64,000 nt of DNA from Minisyncoccota bacterium (GCA_036405175.1 DASWYC010000002.1:321700-385699), one strand, 5' to 3'. Shown: positions 29,774 to 42,783, counted from the stretch's first letter. The notes: a model not told the origin generated them from the sequence alone. Program-made: numbers and translations.

Positions 29774-30535
29774 TTAAATATTAAGCCCCTGACCTATTTG
29801 AACAGCCTGTAAGATTAAAGGAAATATTCTTTCATTTGTTTCTTCGATAGTATCAGTAGGGTTACATTTAATTTTCATAACCGAAACTCCATAGGCCTGC
29901 ATTGCTCCTAAAACAATACCTATTTCATTTTTATCTCTTAAAATTCTCTTATCCACAGCAGTATCAGAGGCATCATCAGGTCTATTTAGAAGCTCTGCAC
30001 GCGCCTTAATTCTTTTACGACATTCTTCCTCCTCTAATTCAAGATAAATAGCGGTTCTCAGAATATTCTTTTTAAAGAATTTAGGTCGCCTTTTAGCATC
30101 TTCCTGAAGAGATTTAAAAAATTGAACGGGAATTTGAACCTGTTCAAAGTTTCTTTCAAATCCAACATTAAAAACAACCTCCGGATTATATACTTGCAAT
30201 GCTCCTGCATAAACATTGTATATAAAACTATTTGATAACATTGTTCCAGAATTTTTAACTTCTGCTGAATTAGAACGAGCAAATTCAGTCTGAAGCAAAA
30301 ACATAGCTTCTTCTTTATTGGTATATTCTGACCTGGACATTTTTTCAAAAATAATACCACTTCCTAAGTGCGCAGAGTTGCGCCCCATACTTATTAGTTT
30401 TTCATTAGCAAGTTTTGCTTGAGTATCTTTTCCAGAACCAGACATACCTATAATAGATATTTGAGTTTCCAGATTAAGCAAATCTAAATTGTCTATAAAA
30501 AACTTTGGTCGGAGTTTAATGTCTTGTAATTCCAT
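29774..30535 (-). CDS. divergent adenylate/nucleoside-monophosphate kinase-like protein
   Basis: P-loop GMSGSGKDTQA, VGFER (canonical DGFPR) and short-LID RPDD..KRI. Confidence 0.75.
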   Translation of the reverse strand: MELQDIKLRPKFFIDNLDLLNLETQISIIGMSGSGKDTQAKLANEKLISMGRNSAHLGSGIIFEKMSRSEYTNKEEAMFLLQTEFARSNSAEVKNSGTMLSNSFIYNVYAGALQVYNPEVVFNVGFERNFEQVQIPVQFFKSLQEDAKRRPKFFKKNILRTAIYLELEEEECRKRIKARAELLNRPDDASDTAVDKRILRDKNEIGIVLGAMQAYGVSVMKIKCNPTDTIEETNERIFPLILQAVQIGQGLNI

Positions 30536-30538
30536 TTT

Positions 30539-30709
30539 CTAAATTTGATTGTTTTTTAGTTTTACATACTCTTCTTTAATAGCGACTACTTCATCTTCTC
30601 CAAAATTATCAATCGAATCAAAGAACTCCTGTTCTGTGATTTGATTCTCCTGTATTTTTTGAAAATATGTAGCGGCAATCTTGGCGGGGTCAATTGGATT
30701 ATCGTCCAT
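30539..30709 (-). CDS. small acidic hypothetical protein (56 aa), not in the ORF track
   Basis: Hand translation MDDNPIDPAKIAATYFQKIQENQITEQEFFDSIDNFGEDEVVAIKEEYVKLKNNQI*. Stops 3 nt before the kinase-like ATG; TTGACC-N17-TAAATT upstream. Confidence 0.6.
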   Translation of the reverse strand: MDDNPIDPAKIAATYFQKIQENQITEQEFFDSIDNFGEDEVVAIKEEYVKLKNNQI

Positions 30710-30759
30710 AATCTATAAGGGTTTTTAAGTGAATTGATTGCTCAAATTTAGCACAAATT

Positions 30760-30789
30760 AAGAAAACGGTCAATTACGACCGTTTTCTT
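30760..30789. terminator. terminator after rpoD
   Basis: AAGAAAACGGTC-aattac-GACCGTTTTCTT. Confidence 0.75.
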
Positions 30790-30801
30790 GCGCCAAGCTT
30801 C

Positions 30802-32184
<1,383 letters not shown>

Positions 32185-32225
32185 AGTAGATAACAAAAAG
32201 TTAGAATAATACTGATAATATAACG

Positions 32226-33920
32226 CTATTTCGACAAATCGTCAATAAGACGTGATACGGTGGCAATTCTTTCAAGAAGGGTCCGGTCATCTGTTTTAAT
32301 AGCAATCTGCTTAAGAAGCTCTTTGCGCTCCTTTACGAGTGATTCCCGATACGCCTTTTGCACCATTTCTATAAAATATTCATGCGTGATCTCTCCCCCA
32401 AAGATAATCTGGATTTTGGTGAAATTCTGCTCATATATCTCATCTTCTGCTGGGATTTGGGTAATCAGACCTTCAATATATGGTTGATAAACCTGGGGCA
32501 GATTAGCTTGGTAGTCTGGATAGCCATAAAGACACAACTTGACCATTTCCTCGGCTCCTAGGGCATTTTTTTGCTGCTGAGGAGGCATAAATGGAGCTGG
32601 TTCAGAGTGACTACTAATCTGACGCCGCTTTTTATTAAATGTCTCAAATTCTTGATCCAAGATCTCCTTTGACACCTGGGTATGCTGAGCGAGCGAGCGC
32701 ATAAAACCTTCACGTAAGAGTGGCACATAAACCTCAATAATCGGGAAGATTTTTTTATGAAGGGTTGTGCGGACATTTTCCATATCCTGAACGTTCTGGA
32801 AGAGTTCTCCTAAAAACTCGCCCACAGAAATAGTCTTGGTTAAAATGTCTTCCATCTTGCCACCTTCAAGCAAATAATCTGCAGGGTCTTTTCCTGATGA
32901 AATACGTCCAATAGAAATATTTAGACTGTGTGGAATGAGGAGTTTTACGGCATTTTCAATTGCTTTACGTCCAGCTGCATCACTATCAAATAAAATAATT
33001 ACATTGTCAGAAAGCTGACTAATGAGTTTTGCATGAGCTTCGGTAAATGCTGTTCCCGATACTCCCACTGCTTCTGGATAACCATGCTGATGCATCATAA
33101 TCACATCCAGCTGACCTTCTACTAAGATCACTCTTCCTTTTTTAACAATCTCACGCTGAGCAAATTCAATACCATACAGGACGCGCTGTTTTTGATAGAG
33201 CGGCGTCTCGCGAGTGTTCACGTACTTTCCTACTTTATCTGCATCAGTAGTTGATCCGTGTAATGGAAAGATGCGTCCGGTAAATCCGATGATTTCATTT
33301 CTCCGATCACGAATGGGAAACATAATACGCTCACGGAAGGTGTCATAATATGAACCCCGATCATTTTTATTAATCACACCAGCCTCAACTGCTTTATTTA
33401 AATCAACTTTTTTTGCAATCAATTCGTTAGCTAATTGATTGATTTGATTTGCTGTATATCCAATTCTAAATTTTTCAATTGACTCTTTTGTTAGTCCACG
33501 TTTTTTAGTAAGGTAGTCAATCGCTTGTGGAGTTTTATTTAAATTGCGTTCATAGATTTTAGTACTAAACTCCAAAATCTTTTTATACATTTCTGTTTCA
33601 TCTTTTCCGCGAAAGTTTTCATCCTTCCCGCCAAACTCAACAGTAATGCCAACTTGTGTTGCAAAATCTTTTACCGCATCAACAAATGATAGTCCTTCAA
33701 TTTCTTGAATGAATGAAATCACATCGCCACTTTTAGCGCAGCCAAAACAGTGATAGCGCCCTCGGTCAGGAGTTACGTAAAAGGAAGGCGTCCGCTCGCT
33801 ATGGAACGGACACCTCCCCCGTAAGTTACGGCCCGATTTCTCGAGCGCAACATACTTAGCTACAACATCTTCGATGGCAATCTTTTCTTTTATCACAGAG
33901 AGTGCATCGCGGATATTCAT
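32226..33920 (-). CDS. dnaG: DNA primase
   Basis: [11 protein letters not shown] zinc finger, RIMFPI, KYVNT, VEGQLD and FDSDAAG. Confidence 0.97.
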   Translation of the reverse strand: MNIRDALSVIKEKIAIEDVVAKYVALEKSGRNLRGRCPFHSERTPSFYVTPDRGRYHCFGCAKSGDVISFIQEIEGLSFVDAVKDFATQVGITVEFGGKDENFRGKDETEMYKKILEFSTKIYERNLNKTPQAIDYLTKKRGLTKESIEKFRIGYTANQINQLANELIAKKVDLNKAVEAGVINKNDRGSYYDTFRERIMFPIRDRRNEIIGFTGRIFPLHGSTTDADKVGKYVNTRETPLYQKQRVLYGIEFAQREIVKKGRVILVEGQLDVIMMHQHGYPEAVGVSGTAFTEAHAKLISQLSDNVIILFDSDAAGRKAIENAVKLLIPHSLNISIGRISSGKDPADYLLEGGKMEDILTKTISVGEFLGELFQNVQDMENVRTTLHKKIFPIIEVYVPLLREGFMRSLAQHTQVSKEILDQEFETFNKKRRQISSHSEPAPFMPPQQQKNALGAEEMVKLCLYGYPDYQANLPQVYQPYIEGLITQIPAEDEIYEQNFTKIQIIFGGEITHEYFIEMVQKAYRESLVKERKELLKQIAIKTDDRTLLERIATVSRLIDDLSK

Positions 33921-33932
33921 ATGGTTATCATC

Positions 33933-36900
33933 TTACATCTGGCTGGTTTCTTCGTCAAAAATTTCTTCTTGATCAAGACCCATGTCAATAAAGTCATCAG
34001 CAAATCCGGTTCCTGCTGGAATAAGATTTCCAACAATAACGTTTTCCTTGAGACCACGAAGGAGATCTGAGTCACCACGGATCGCATTAGAAATGATCAT
34101 ACGAGGTGTGTGCTGGAATGACGCTGCGGCCAACCAAGACTTAGTGGTATGCACAACTTCTGAGATTCCCATGAGCACAGTCTTTCCTTCTGCTGGCTTA
34201 CCGCCCAACTTTTCAGTACGCATGTTCTCAAGATTAAGATCAAGAAGTTCCACAACTTCTCCTGAGGTAAAGCGAGTATCTCCCTGATCAACAATCTTAC
34301 GGCGTGCAAACATCTGACGAATAATAAGTTCAAGATGTTTTGCTGCTACTGATGCTGAGTTGAGTTCGTATACGCGGCGGATTTCTGAAAGGATGTAATT
34401 TTCTGTTACTTCTCGTCCAGCGTGTTCCATAAGATCCTGAAGATCGGCAGAACCGTCGGTAAGGATTTGTCCTTTTTCTACGCGTGATCCAATCTTGAAT
34501 TTTGGAAGGATTACACGGCGAGCATCAACTTTCAACATTACCATTCCTGATTTCTTACCACCCTTTGGTGAATCTGGAGCAACTTCGATTACGGTCATCT
34601 GATCTGCATCTTGAGTAATGCTCATGATTTCTCCATCAGTTGGACACACAACAGCTGGTGCTTTTACCGCACGGCGCTCAAAGATTTCTTCAACACGAGG
34701 AAGTCCCTGTGTAATATCGCGTCCTGCAACTCCTCCTGAGTGGAAGGTTCGAAGGGTAAGCTGTGTTCCTGGTTCTCCAATCGCTTGTGACGCAATCGTT
34801 CCTACCGCTTCTCCCACTTTTACTAAGTGGTTGCGTCCAAGGTCGATTCCGTAACACTTCTGACAAATTCCGTAGAGTGATTCGCAGCGAAGTGGTGACT
34901 TAACAGCAACTTCTTTTACGCCAGCTTTTTCAATTTCATCAGCAACATATTTAGTGATGAGTTCATTCTTTTTAACAAGAACTTTTCCTGCTTCATCTTT
35001 AACATCTTGAGCCGCAACGCGTCCCCAAATGTTTGCCGCAAGAGAAATTACCAATCCATCAATATTGTCTTCCTTGGCAAGAATAAATTTCTTGGTGCCA
35101 CAATCTTCTTCACGAATGATCACATCGTGTGCAACGTCATGAAGACGACGGGTAAGGTATCCTGCCTTTGCGGTGTTAAGCGCAGTATCGGCGAGTCCTT
35201 TACGTGCTGTTGTGGTGTTGATGAAGTACTCAAATGGGGTATACCCTTCAATGTATGAAGACGTAATTGGGAATTCAAGAATTTGTCCGGTTGCGTTTTG
35301 AATTGCCCCCTTCATTCCTGATGCCTGGTTGAGGTTTTCCATGTTTCCACGAGCTCCAGACTTAATGATGTCTGAAATTGATTCGGTTTGAGAAAGAATT
35401 CCAGCAAGCGTCTTTTCAACATCCGCCTTAGCTTTTTCCCACGTTTGAATTACCTTCAAGTAGCGTTCGCGATCAGAAATAAATCCTTCTGCAAACTCTT
35501 CGTGAATTTTTACAATTTCCTTGCGAGCTTCTTCAATGATTTCATGCTTTTGTTCTGGAACCGGAACATCACTAAATCCGAAAGTGGTTCCTGAAAGTGT
35601 CATGTACTTAAATCCAAAGTTCTTCATTGCATCAAGAATCTTAGAAGTTTCATCTACTCCGTAGTTGTTGATCATATCGGTCACAAGACGTGAAAGATCT
35701 TTCTTCTTAAGTTCTTTGTTGATGAATGGATTCTCGCTTGGCAACATTGAGTTGAACAAAAGGCGTCCAACCGTAGTTTTGAATGGCTTTCCTTCAAATT
35801 CAGCATACTTTTTCTTTTGTGTTCCCATCACATAAATTTCTGCGCGGAAATCAAGTACACCGTAATCGTACGCAAGAATTGCTTCGTTAGGAGATGAGAA
35901 TGACTTTCCTTCTCCGCGAGCTCCCGGTACTGATTTGGTCATCCAGTAACATCCAAGCACAATATCCTGTGCAGGTGTTGCAATAGGTTCTCCGGTTGCA
36001 GGTTTAAGAATGTTCTTGTTTGCAGCCATCAAAAGACGAGCTTCTGCTTGTGCTTCAAGAGACAAAGGAACATGAACCGCCATCTGGTCTCCATCGAAGT
36101 CCGCGTTAAACGCTGAACATACCAATGGATGAACTTGGATTGCTTTTCCTTCAATAAGCATCGGCTTGAACGCCTGGATTGAAAGACGGTGAAGTGTTGG
36201 CGCACGGTTCAAAAGAACGTACTTTCCAGCAATTACCTTTTCAAGCATTTCCCAAACTTCCGCTGATCCTTCTTCAATAAACTTACTTGCTCCACGGATG
36301 TTAAATGCAAGTCCACGCTTAATAACTTCTGCAATCACAAACGGACGGAAAAGTTCAAGCGCCATGTATTTTGGAAGTCCACATTCATCAATATTAAGAC
36401 GAGGTCCAACCACAATTACTGAACGTCCAGAATAATCTACACGCTTTCCAAGAAGGTTTTGGCGGAAGATTCCCTGCTTTCCTTTAAGATGATCAGAAAG
36501 TGATTTAAGACTGCGGCGTTGTCCCATAGACATTGCCTGGGTTCCGTTTGATTTCTTGATTGAGTTATCAAAGAGTGCGTCGATAGCTTCCTGAAGAATA
36601 CGTTTTTCGTTGCGCAAAATAACATCCGGTGCTGGAATTTCAATCAATTTCTTAAGACGGTTGTTGCGGTTGATAACACGACGATAGAGATCGTTAATAT
36701 CTGATGTTGCATGACGGTTTCCTTCAAGCGCAACCATTGGGCGAAGTGCTGGAGGAATAACAGGAAGCACGGTCACAAACATCCACTCTGGACGTGAGTT
36801 AGTGCGGATCAAAGAACGGATCAAAGAAATGCGCTTTTCAATCTTTGCCTTATTGGCGAGTACTTCTGTTTTATCAAGAGACTCAACCACTTCTGCTTCA

Positions 36901-37589
36901 AGTTGAAGAAGGTCAATATTTTTGAAGATATCATATACCGCTTCTGCTCCGGTTGCTGCTTCAAATACGGTACTAAACTTCAATGAGTATACCTTGTATT
37001 GTGCCTCATTAAGCACCATAAACTTTTGAATAGAAGCAACTTCTGATTTAATTTCTGCAAGACGCTTGCGGAGCTTATCTTTCTCGGCTTCGTCAGTAAG
37101 TGACCCTACGCGAGACTTAAATTCTGCATCAATGTCTTTAAGAACACGTCCACGTTCTTCTTCATCAACTGATTTAACAATGTATCCTGCAAAGTAGATT
37201 ACACTTTCAAGTTTTTGTGCAGGTACGCCAAGAAGCGATGCCATGCGTGATGGAATTCCGCGAAGGAACCAAATGTGTGCAACAGGCGACGCAAGTTCAA
37301 TGTGCCCCATACGTTCACGACGAACGATAGAACGAGTAACTTCAACGCCACATTTATCACACACGACACCGTTGTAGCGGATACGCTTGTATTTTCCACA
37401 ATAACATTCGTAATCTTTTTCTGGCCCAAACACGCGCTCATCAAAGAGTCCGCCGCGTTCGCTGCGTCCAGTACGATAGTTAATCGTTTCTGGCTTTTGA
37501 ATTTCTCCATGTGACCATGAACGGATGGTATCTGGCGATGAAAGTCGCAATCCAACCGAGGTATCAAAGTGTTCGTGAGTAGTATGCAT
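33933..37589 (-). CDS. rpoC: RNA polymerase beta' subunit
   Basis: NADFDGDQMAVH, LLGKRVDYSGR and GEPGTQLTLRTFH. Confidence 0.99.
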   Translation of the reverse strand: MHTTHEHFDTSVGLRLSSPDTIRSWSHGEIQKPETINYRTGRSERGGLFDERVFGPEKDYECYCGKYKRIRYNGVVCDKCGVEVTRSIVRRERMGHIELASPVAHIWFLRGIPSRMASLLGVPAQKLESVIYFAGYIVKSVDEEERGRVLKDIDAEFKSRVGSLTDEAEKDKLRKRLAEIKSEVASIQKFMVLNEAQYKVYSLKFSTVFEAATGAEAVYDIFKNIDLLQLEAEVVESLDKTEVLANKAKIEKRISLIRSLIRTNSRPEWMFVTVLPVIPPALRPMVALEGNRHATSDINDLYRRVINRNNRLKKLIEIPAPDVILRNEKRILQEAIDALFDNSIKKSNGTQAMSMGQRRSLKSLSDHLKGKQGIFRQNLLGKRVDYSGRSVIVVGPRLNIDECGLPKYMALELFRPFVIAEVIKRGLAFNIRGASKFIEEGSAEVWEMLEKVIAGKYVLLNRAPTLHRLSIQAFKPMLIEGKAIQVHPLVCSAFNADFDGDQMAVHVPLSLEAQAEARLLMAANKNILKPATGEPIATPAQDIVLGCYWMTKSVPGARGEGKSFSSPNEAILAYDYGVLDFRAEIYVMGTQKKKYAEFEGKPFKTTVGRLLFNSMLPSENPFINKELKKKDLSRLVTDMINNYGVDETSKILDAMKNFGFKYMTLSGTTFGFSDVPVPEQKHEIIEEARKEIVKIHEEFAEGFISDRERYLKVIQTWEKAKADVEKTLAGILSQTESISDIIKSGARGNMENLNQASGMKGAIQNATGQILEFPITSSYIEGYTPFEYFINTTTARKGLADTALNTAKAGYLTRRLHDVAHDVIIREEDCGTKKFILAKEDNIDGLVISLAANIWGRVAAQDVKDEAGKVLVKKNELITKYVADEIEKAGVKEVAVKSPLRCESLYGICQKCYGIDLGRNHLVKVGEAVGTIASQAIGEPGTQLTLRTFHSGGVAGRDITQGLPRVEEIFERRAVKAPAVVCPTDGEIMSITQDADQMTVIEVAPDSPKGGKKSGMVMLKVDARRVILPKFKIGSRVEKGQILTDGSADLQDLMEHAGREVTENYILSEIRRVYELNSASVAAKHLELIIRQMFARRKIVDQGDTRFTSGEVVELLDLNLENMRTEKLGGKPAEGKTVLMGISEVVHTTKSWLAAASFQHTPRMIISNAIRGDSDLLRGLKENVIVGNLIPAGTGFADDFIDMGLDQEEIFDEETSQM

Positions 37590-37607
37590 ATAGATGAGTG
37601 CTAATGA

Positions 37608-40600
37608 TTAAGCAATAATATCGAGGCTTGTATCGACGTTAGTAAGCGCATCAAGTTCGCCAATCGGTGGCAAATCCTCACGGTAGAAGTCATCAATTTC
37701 ATTTGTGGTATCAAAGGTTCCGCTTTCTGCTTCAAGAAGTTCAGTCAAATTATCATCACGTTTAATCGTGTGCAAGTGAACATCAAGTGCAAGTCCACGA
37801 AGGTAGTTAAGCAATACATGGAATGATGCAGGGCGAGCTGAAACTTTTACGTTATCTCCCTTAATGATTGAATCAAAGGCAGCTGAACGTCCAACAATAT
37901 CATCAGACTTAACGGTCAACATTTCACGCAATACGTGTGCCGCTCCATATCCTTCAAGTGCCCACACCTCCATTTCTCCAAAGCGCTGTCCTCCAAATTG
38001 AGATTTTCCAGAAAGAGGCTGCTGGGTAATGAGTGAGTATGGTCCAATTGAACGGGCGTGCATTTTGTCATCAACCATGTGGTGAAGACGAAGCATATAC
38101 ATGTATCCAACTGAAACATCTTGTTGGAACTTTTCTCCGGTGCGTCCGTCAAAGAGTTTAACTTTTCCGGTTTTATCAAATCCTCCCTTTTCAAGTTCGG
38201 TTTCAATTTCTGCACGTGTTGCTCCCATGAATGGAGGAACAATTGCCTGGTAATCAAGTGAGTTTGCTGCAAGTCCAAGGTGAAGTTCAAGAATCTGTCC
38301 GAGGTTCATACGACTTGGTACTCCAAGTGGTGTAAGAACAATATCAACAGGAGTTCCGTCTGCGGTGTATGGCATATCTTCTTCTGGAAGAATAACCGAG
38401 ATAACACCTTTGTTTCCGTGACGTCCTGCAAGTTTATCTCCCACGGCAACTGGGCGTACGTGTGCAACTTCAACAAAGATCTTTTTAATAACACCTGATT
38501 CAAGCTGGTGTCCTTGTTCGCGCGAAAATACTTTCACACTTACAACACGACCACGTTTTCCGTGTCCAAGGCGAAGTGACGTATCTTTAACATCGCGTGC
38601 TTTTTCTCCAAAGATTGATCGAAGAAGACGCTCTTCTGGAGTAAGTTCGGTTTCACCCTTTGGTGTAATCTTTCCAACCAAAATATCTCCTTCGCGAACA
38701 TCTGCTCCTACGCGAACAATTCCTTCTTCATCAAGATTCTTAAGCTTAGCTTCTCCAACGTTAGGAATATCAGGCGTCATTTGCTCAGCACCAAGTTTGG
38801 TATCGCGAACAACACATTCATATTCTTCAATGCGAACGGTTGAGAATTTATTATTCTTAACGAGTCTTTCAGATACCACAATCGCATCCTCATAGGTGTT
38901 TCCACGCCATGCCATAAATGCAACAAAGATGTTCTGTCCGATTGCCAATTCTCCATTTACGGTTGTTGGACAGTCAGCAATAATATCTCCGGCTTTAACG
39001 GTTTGACCAAGTGAAACAGAAGGACGTTGGTGATACACGGAGTCATTATTAGTACGTGCATATCCCATCAATTCGTATGAACGAATCTTTCCATTTTCTT
39101 GCTTGATAGAAATAGCTTTTCCATCAACATGGCAAATTGTTCCATCAACATCAGCAACCACCACACGTCCCGTGTAGCGCGCTGCCTGAATTTCCATTCC
39201 TGTTGCAACAATAGGAGCTTCTGGAACCAAACAAGGAGTCGCCTGTTTCTGCATGTTAGAACCCATGAGTGCGCGGTTTGCTGCATCTGAGTCCATAAAT
39301 GGAATCAAGTTCGTTGCCAATGAGAACATTTGGTTTGAAGACACATCAATATATTGAACATCCTGTTTTGGCACAAAGGTTGGCATCCCAAATTTGCGCA
39401 CTTCAACAAGATCCTGAGTAATGTTCATTTTGTCATCAAACGGCGTAAGAGAGTGAGCAATATTGCTACGCTCTTCTTCTGCAGCCGTCATATATACTAC
39501 CTCCTTGGTAATTTTTCCATCCTTAACTTTTACATAAGGAGTTTCAATCATTCCAAACTCGTTGATCTTTGCGTAGATTGCAATAGAAAGCACAAGTCCA
39601 ATGTTTGGACCTTCTGGGGTATGAATAGGACAAATACGTCCATAGTGTGAAGGATGAACGTCACGCACTTCAAAGCCGGCGCGTTCACGAGTGAGTCCTC
39701 CCGGTCCAAGCGCAGACAAGCGGCGCAAGTGCTCAATTTCTGTAAGCGCATTTTCCTGGTCCATGAATTGAGACAGCTGGTTGGTTGCAAAGAATTCACG
39801 AATACGTGCCTGAAGCGGACGCTGGTTAATAAGCACAATAGGAAGGGTCGTTTCTGCATCAATCGTAGACATTTTGTCTTGAATGTTGCGCTTCATCTGC
39901 ATCATTCCTTTACGTACCGATTGTTCAAGAAGTTCACCAACGTAGCGAACACGGCGCATTCCCAAGTGGTCAATATCGTCAGCCTTTGCTCCCGAAACAG
40001 CCATCATTTCTCCAATGTGGTTGATGATTGTTGCAATATCCTGTGCATCAACAACGCGCTTCTCAAGATCTTTTGATCCGAGCGGCAAATCAAAACGTTT
40101 ATTAAACTGGAAGCGTCCTACATCAGAAATATCGTAACGCTCAGCACTAAACATAGACATCACAAATTCGCGAGCTTGTTCTGGAGTTGCAAGATCACCG
40201 TCACGAAGACGCTTGTGAATTTCGATGAATGCTTCATCGGTTGTAGTGGTTGGATCTTTTGCAAGTGAGGTTGCCGCAATTTTCATTGCGTTTTCGTTTG
40301 TCAAAAGCGCCATGATTTTTTCTTTGGTTTCTGCTCCAAATACTTTAAAGAGTACTGATACTGGGAACTTACGCTTCTTATCTACGCGTACATACATTCC
40401 TCCATCTGGCTCAACATCAAGCTCAACCCATACTCCACGTGATGGAATGATTTTAGCACCATAAAACACACCTTTTTTGGTGTCATTTTGGGTAAAGTAA
40501 ATACCATATGAGCGTGCAAGCTGTGGTACCACAACACGTTCTACTCCGTTAATAATGAAGGTTCCGTGTTCGGTCATGATTGGAACTTCGGTAAGAGTAA

Positions 40601-40919
40601 TTTCTTGCTCTTGTTCGGTTCCGAGAATTTTATTCTTGAGAACAAATGAGGTTTTAATATTTGCCTCGTAGGTTAATTTATTCTCTTTTGCATAGTATTC
40701 ATCTTGATCTGGATATTCAATTCTAAAATCTGAAATCGTGAGATCAAATTTCTTACCTGCGTAATCTGAAATTGGAGCGTACCCTTTAATAACTGATTCA
40801 AAACTTTTCGTAAGAAACTTACGATATGATTCCACTTGGTTCTCTACCAAGTTTGGAACCGGAAGGAATGATTCCTTGTAGCGTGAAAAATATTTCTTAG
40901 GACGGACGTTACTTTGCAT
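37608..40919 (-). CDS. rpoB: RNA polymerase beta subunit
   Basis: GDKLAGRHGNKG, TPEGPNIGL and GGQRFGEMEVWALE. Confidence 0.99.
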   Translation of the reverse strand: MQSNVRPKKYFSRYKESFLPVPNLVENQVESYRKFLTKSFESVIKGYAPISDYAGKKFDLTISDFRIEYPDQDEYYAKENKLTYEANIKTSFVLKNKILGTEQEQEITLTEVPIMTEHGTFIINGVERVVVPQLARSYGIYFTQNDTKKGVFYGAKIIPSRGVWVELDVEPDGGMYVRVDKKRKFPVSVLFKVFGAETKEKIMALLTNENAMKIAATSLAKDPTTTTDEAFIEIHKRLRDGDLATPEQAREFVMSMFSAERYDISDVGRFQFNKRFDLPLGSKDLEKRVVDAQDIATIINHIGEMMAVSGAKADDIDHLGMRRVRYVGELLEQSVRKGMMQMKRNIQDKMSTIDAETTLPIVLINQRPLQARIREFFATNQLSQFMDQENALTEIEHLRRLSALGPGGLTRERAGFEVRDVHPSHYGRICPIHTPEGPNIGLVLSIAIYAKINEFGMIETPYVKVKDGKITKEVVYMTAAEEERSNIAHSLTPFDDKMNITQDLVEVRKFGMPTFVPKQDVQYIDVSSNQMFSLATNLIPFMDSDAANRALMGSNMQKQATPCLVPEAPIVATGMEIQAARYTGRVVVADVDGTICHVDGKAISIKQENGKIRSYELMGYARTNNDSVYHQRPSVSLGQTVKAGDIIADCPTTVNGELAIGQNIFVAFMAWRGNTYEDAIVVSERLVKNNKFSTVRIEEYECVVRDTKLGAEQMTPDIPNVGEAKLKNLDEEGIVRVGADVREGDILVGKITPKGETELTPEERLLRSIFGEKARDVKDTSLRLGHGKRGRVVSVKVFSREQGHQLESGVIKKIFVEVAHVRPVAVGDKLAGRHGNKGVISVILPEEDMPYTADGTPVDIVLTPLGVPSRMNLGQILELHLGLAANSLDYQAIVPPFMGATRAEIETELEKGGFDKTGKVKLFDGRTGEKFQQDVSVGYMYMLRLHHMVDDKMHARSIGPYSLITQQPLSGKSQFGGQRFGEMEVWALEGYGAAHVLREMLTVKSDDIVGRSAAFDSIIKGDNVKVSARPASFHVLLNYLRGLALDVHLHTIKRDDNLTELLEAESGTFDTTNEIDDFYREDLPPIGELDALTNVDTSLDIIA

Positions 40920-41179
40920 AGTTAAAAACTACAAAAAATTATGATGACGACGTGCCGAAACGTTAGTAATAGGTATCACGAGCATTACTCAATCGTGGGT
41001 TGTGATAGACGCAAGCATAGCACATTTCTTAAGAAAAACAAGGGATTTATGGGTAAAGTTGGGGAAAACTCTTACCTTAACCACCCCTTCTCTCCAACCT
41101 ATACATTTTCTTACTTTCATGGTAAATTTGAGAAAATTATTTTTTAAAATTATTCATTTAAAACTCAAAATAAAAACTA

Positions 41180-42730
41180 ATGGAAACAGAAGAAAAAGTA
41201 CTCTTTGAGATTACCTGCGATGGCAAACTTATTGAAGATTCTTATTTTGAAGGCGCTGACGCGACACTTATGATGTCACTAGCGCTCAACGAAGAACTCA
41301 TGAATACTTGCCTGGAAAAGGACGTTATACCCAAATTTGCTTTGGTTTTGGCAATACCTATTGATAAAGTGGATACAGATGATAAAAGCTACTATAGCTA
41401 CGAAGATTCTCGCTTCATATATAGGGTTGATAGAATGCCTTTTGTTTTAAATGTAACTAAGACAGGGGTTCACCGCGTTATCATTTGCCTATTCTCCGAT
41501 AAAACTACACTTGGAAGCTTAAGAGCTCTGTACTTGAAAGAGGGTGAATACAATAAATATCACTATTCAGTTACAAAACACATTCTTGAAACTCATCCTT
41601 TTGCCGTAGCCTATCGAGAATTCGACTTTGTCGTACCACAGGATGCCTTGGCTAAAAAACCTCAGGAAAACCCTATTGCAAAGTTCTTCTTTAAATGGGT
41701 TAACGAATGGATGAAATTACCCTACGATGAATGTCAATATCGTCGTCGAGCACTGTGGGTTACTCCGCTTAAATTTACATTAGTGGAGGTGCCGCTTTTT
41801 ACCCTACGGATAATATTTACGCTGTTTCTATTTAGCATGAATGCTCTCTATAAAACCATATCGCTGATTTTTGGATTTCAGCACGATCGTCTTCTTAAAG
41901 GTATTCAGGTCTTGCATCCTTTATTTATCCTACGACGCTCAGGGTTTAGTGAGATATTTGAACTTTCAGAAACATTCGGCATATTCCGCAATAATGAGTC
42001 CTACGGCCACCGCATATTTAAGTTTGGAGACAAGACGGTTATGTTTTGGTTTTCACCTATCGGATTAGCAATAAGCCTTGCGCTGTTCAAGCTCGCAGTT
42101 GAGGCTTGGAATCCTTCAGATATATCCTCAATGCTATTTAGATTCGGAATACTGGGCAATATAATCTTCTGCATACTTCTCCATCAAATAGCACAGACGA
42201 TCTTTAGGCGGAGAAGTTCTGATTTTAGAAAAGCAATGTCAGAAAACTTTTTAGTGGGCTGCATACTCATAATAGTAGTAAGCTTACTTATAATTGGCGG
42301 CATAGCTTCGAAGAACTTTGTGACAACACTTCCAACCCCAACAAGAAATAATCTTTTTTCGGGATTAATGACATTTGTAGGTTGCGTTGTTATTGCAGGG
42401 CTCATATATAGATATAGAGGCTTTTTGGGAATCCAACTTGGAACTATTGCTAAAAAAGCATCTAGCTTATTTAAAAAATCTCCAAAAGAAATGTCGATTA
42501 ACGAGGCACCCATATTGAATAAAAAGAATAGTGGGAAGTTTCAGAAAAGTGAGAGCGTATCATATAATTTACTTTCTCAAAAAGAAAGTCGCAGATTAGT
42601 ACTACAATCTCTTGCAGGAGCTCCCGCAATTACCAATAAAAATACATCGGGTATTAGAAAGCTACTCTCTGATTTTAAGGTCTTCTTTGTACAAACAAAG
42701 CGCACTGTATGTAAACCATACGAGCGTTAA
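41180..42730 (+). CDS. hypothetical multi-TM membrane protein (516 aa)
   Basis: Long ORF with a soluble N-domain and ~5-6 TMs; AU-rich leader; ends at a bidirectional terminator. Confidence 0.75.
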   Translation: METEEKVLFEITCDGKLIEDSYFEGADATLMMSLALNEELMNTCLEKDVIPKFALVLAIPIDKVDTDDKSYYSYEDSRFIYRVDRMPFVLNVTKTGVHRVIICLFSDKTTLGSLRALYLKEGEYNKYHYSVTKHILETHPFAVAYREFDFVVPQDALAKKPQENPIAKFFFKWVNEWMKLPYDECQYRRRALWVTPLKFTLVEVPLFTLRIIFTLFLFSMNALYKTISLIFGFQHDRLLKGIQVLHPLFILRRSGFSEIFELSETFGIFRNNESYGHRIFKFGDKTVMFWFSPIGLAISLALFKLAVEAWNPSDISSMLFRFGILGNIIFCILLHQIAQTIFRRRSSDFRKAMSENFLVGCILIIVVSLLIIGGIASKNFVTTLPTPTRNNLFSGLMTFVGCVVIAGLIYRYRGFLGIQLGTIAKKASSLFKKSPKEMSINEAPILNKKNSGKFQKSESVSYNLLSQKESRRLVLQSLAGAPAITNKNTSGIRKLLSDFKVFFVQTKRTVCKPYER

Positions 42731-42750
42731 TATTAAAAAGTTGAGGTACT

Positions 42751-42783
42751 AAAAATCCAACACGTTATAGTGTTGGATTTTTT
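42751..42783. terminator. bidirectional terminator
   Basis: AAAAATCCAACAC...GTGTTGGATTTTT. Confidence 0.8.

Noticed and set aside
28770-30760. Integrated element at tRNA-Thr
   Set aside because: No integrase is present and no duplicated tRNA 3' end (att site) was found.
30741-30775. Bacteroidota-type TAnnTTTG promoters on accessory genes (here and ~41123)
   Set aside because: Only 2 of ~15 cassettes match, and both are explained as sigma70 -10 boxes (TAAATT).
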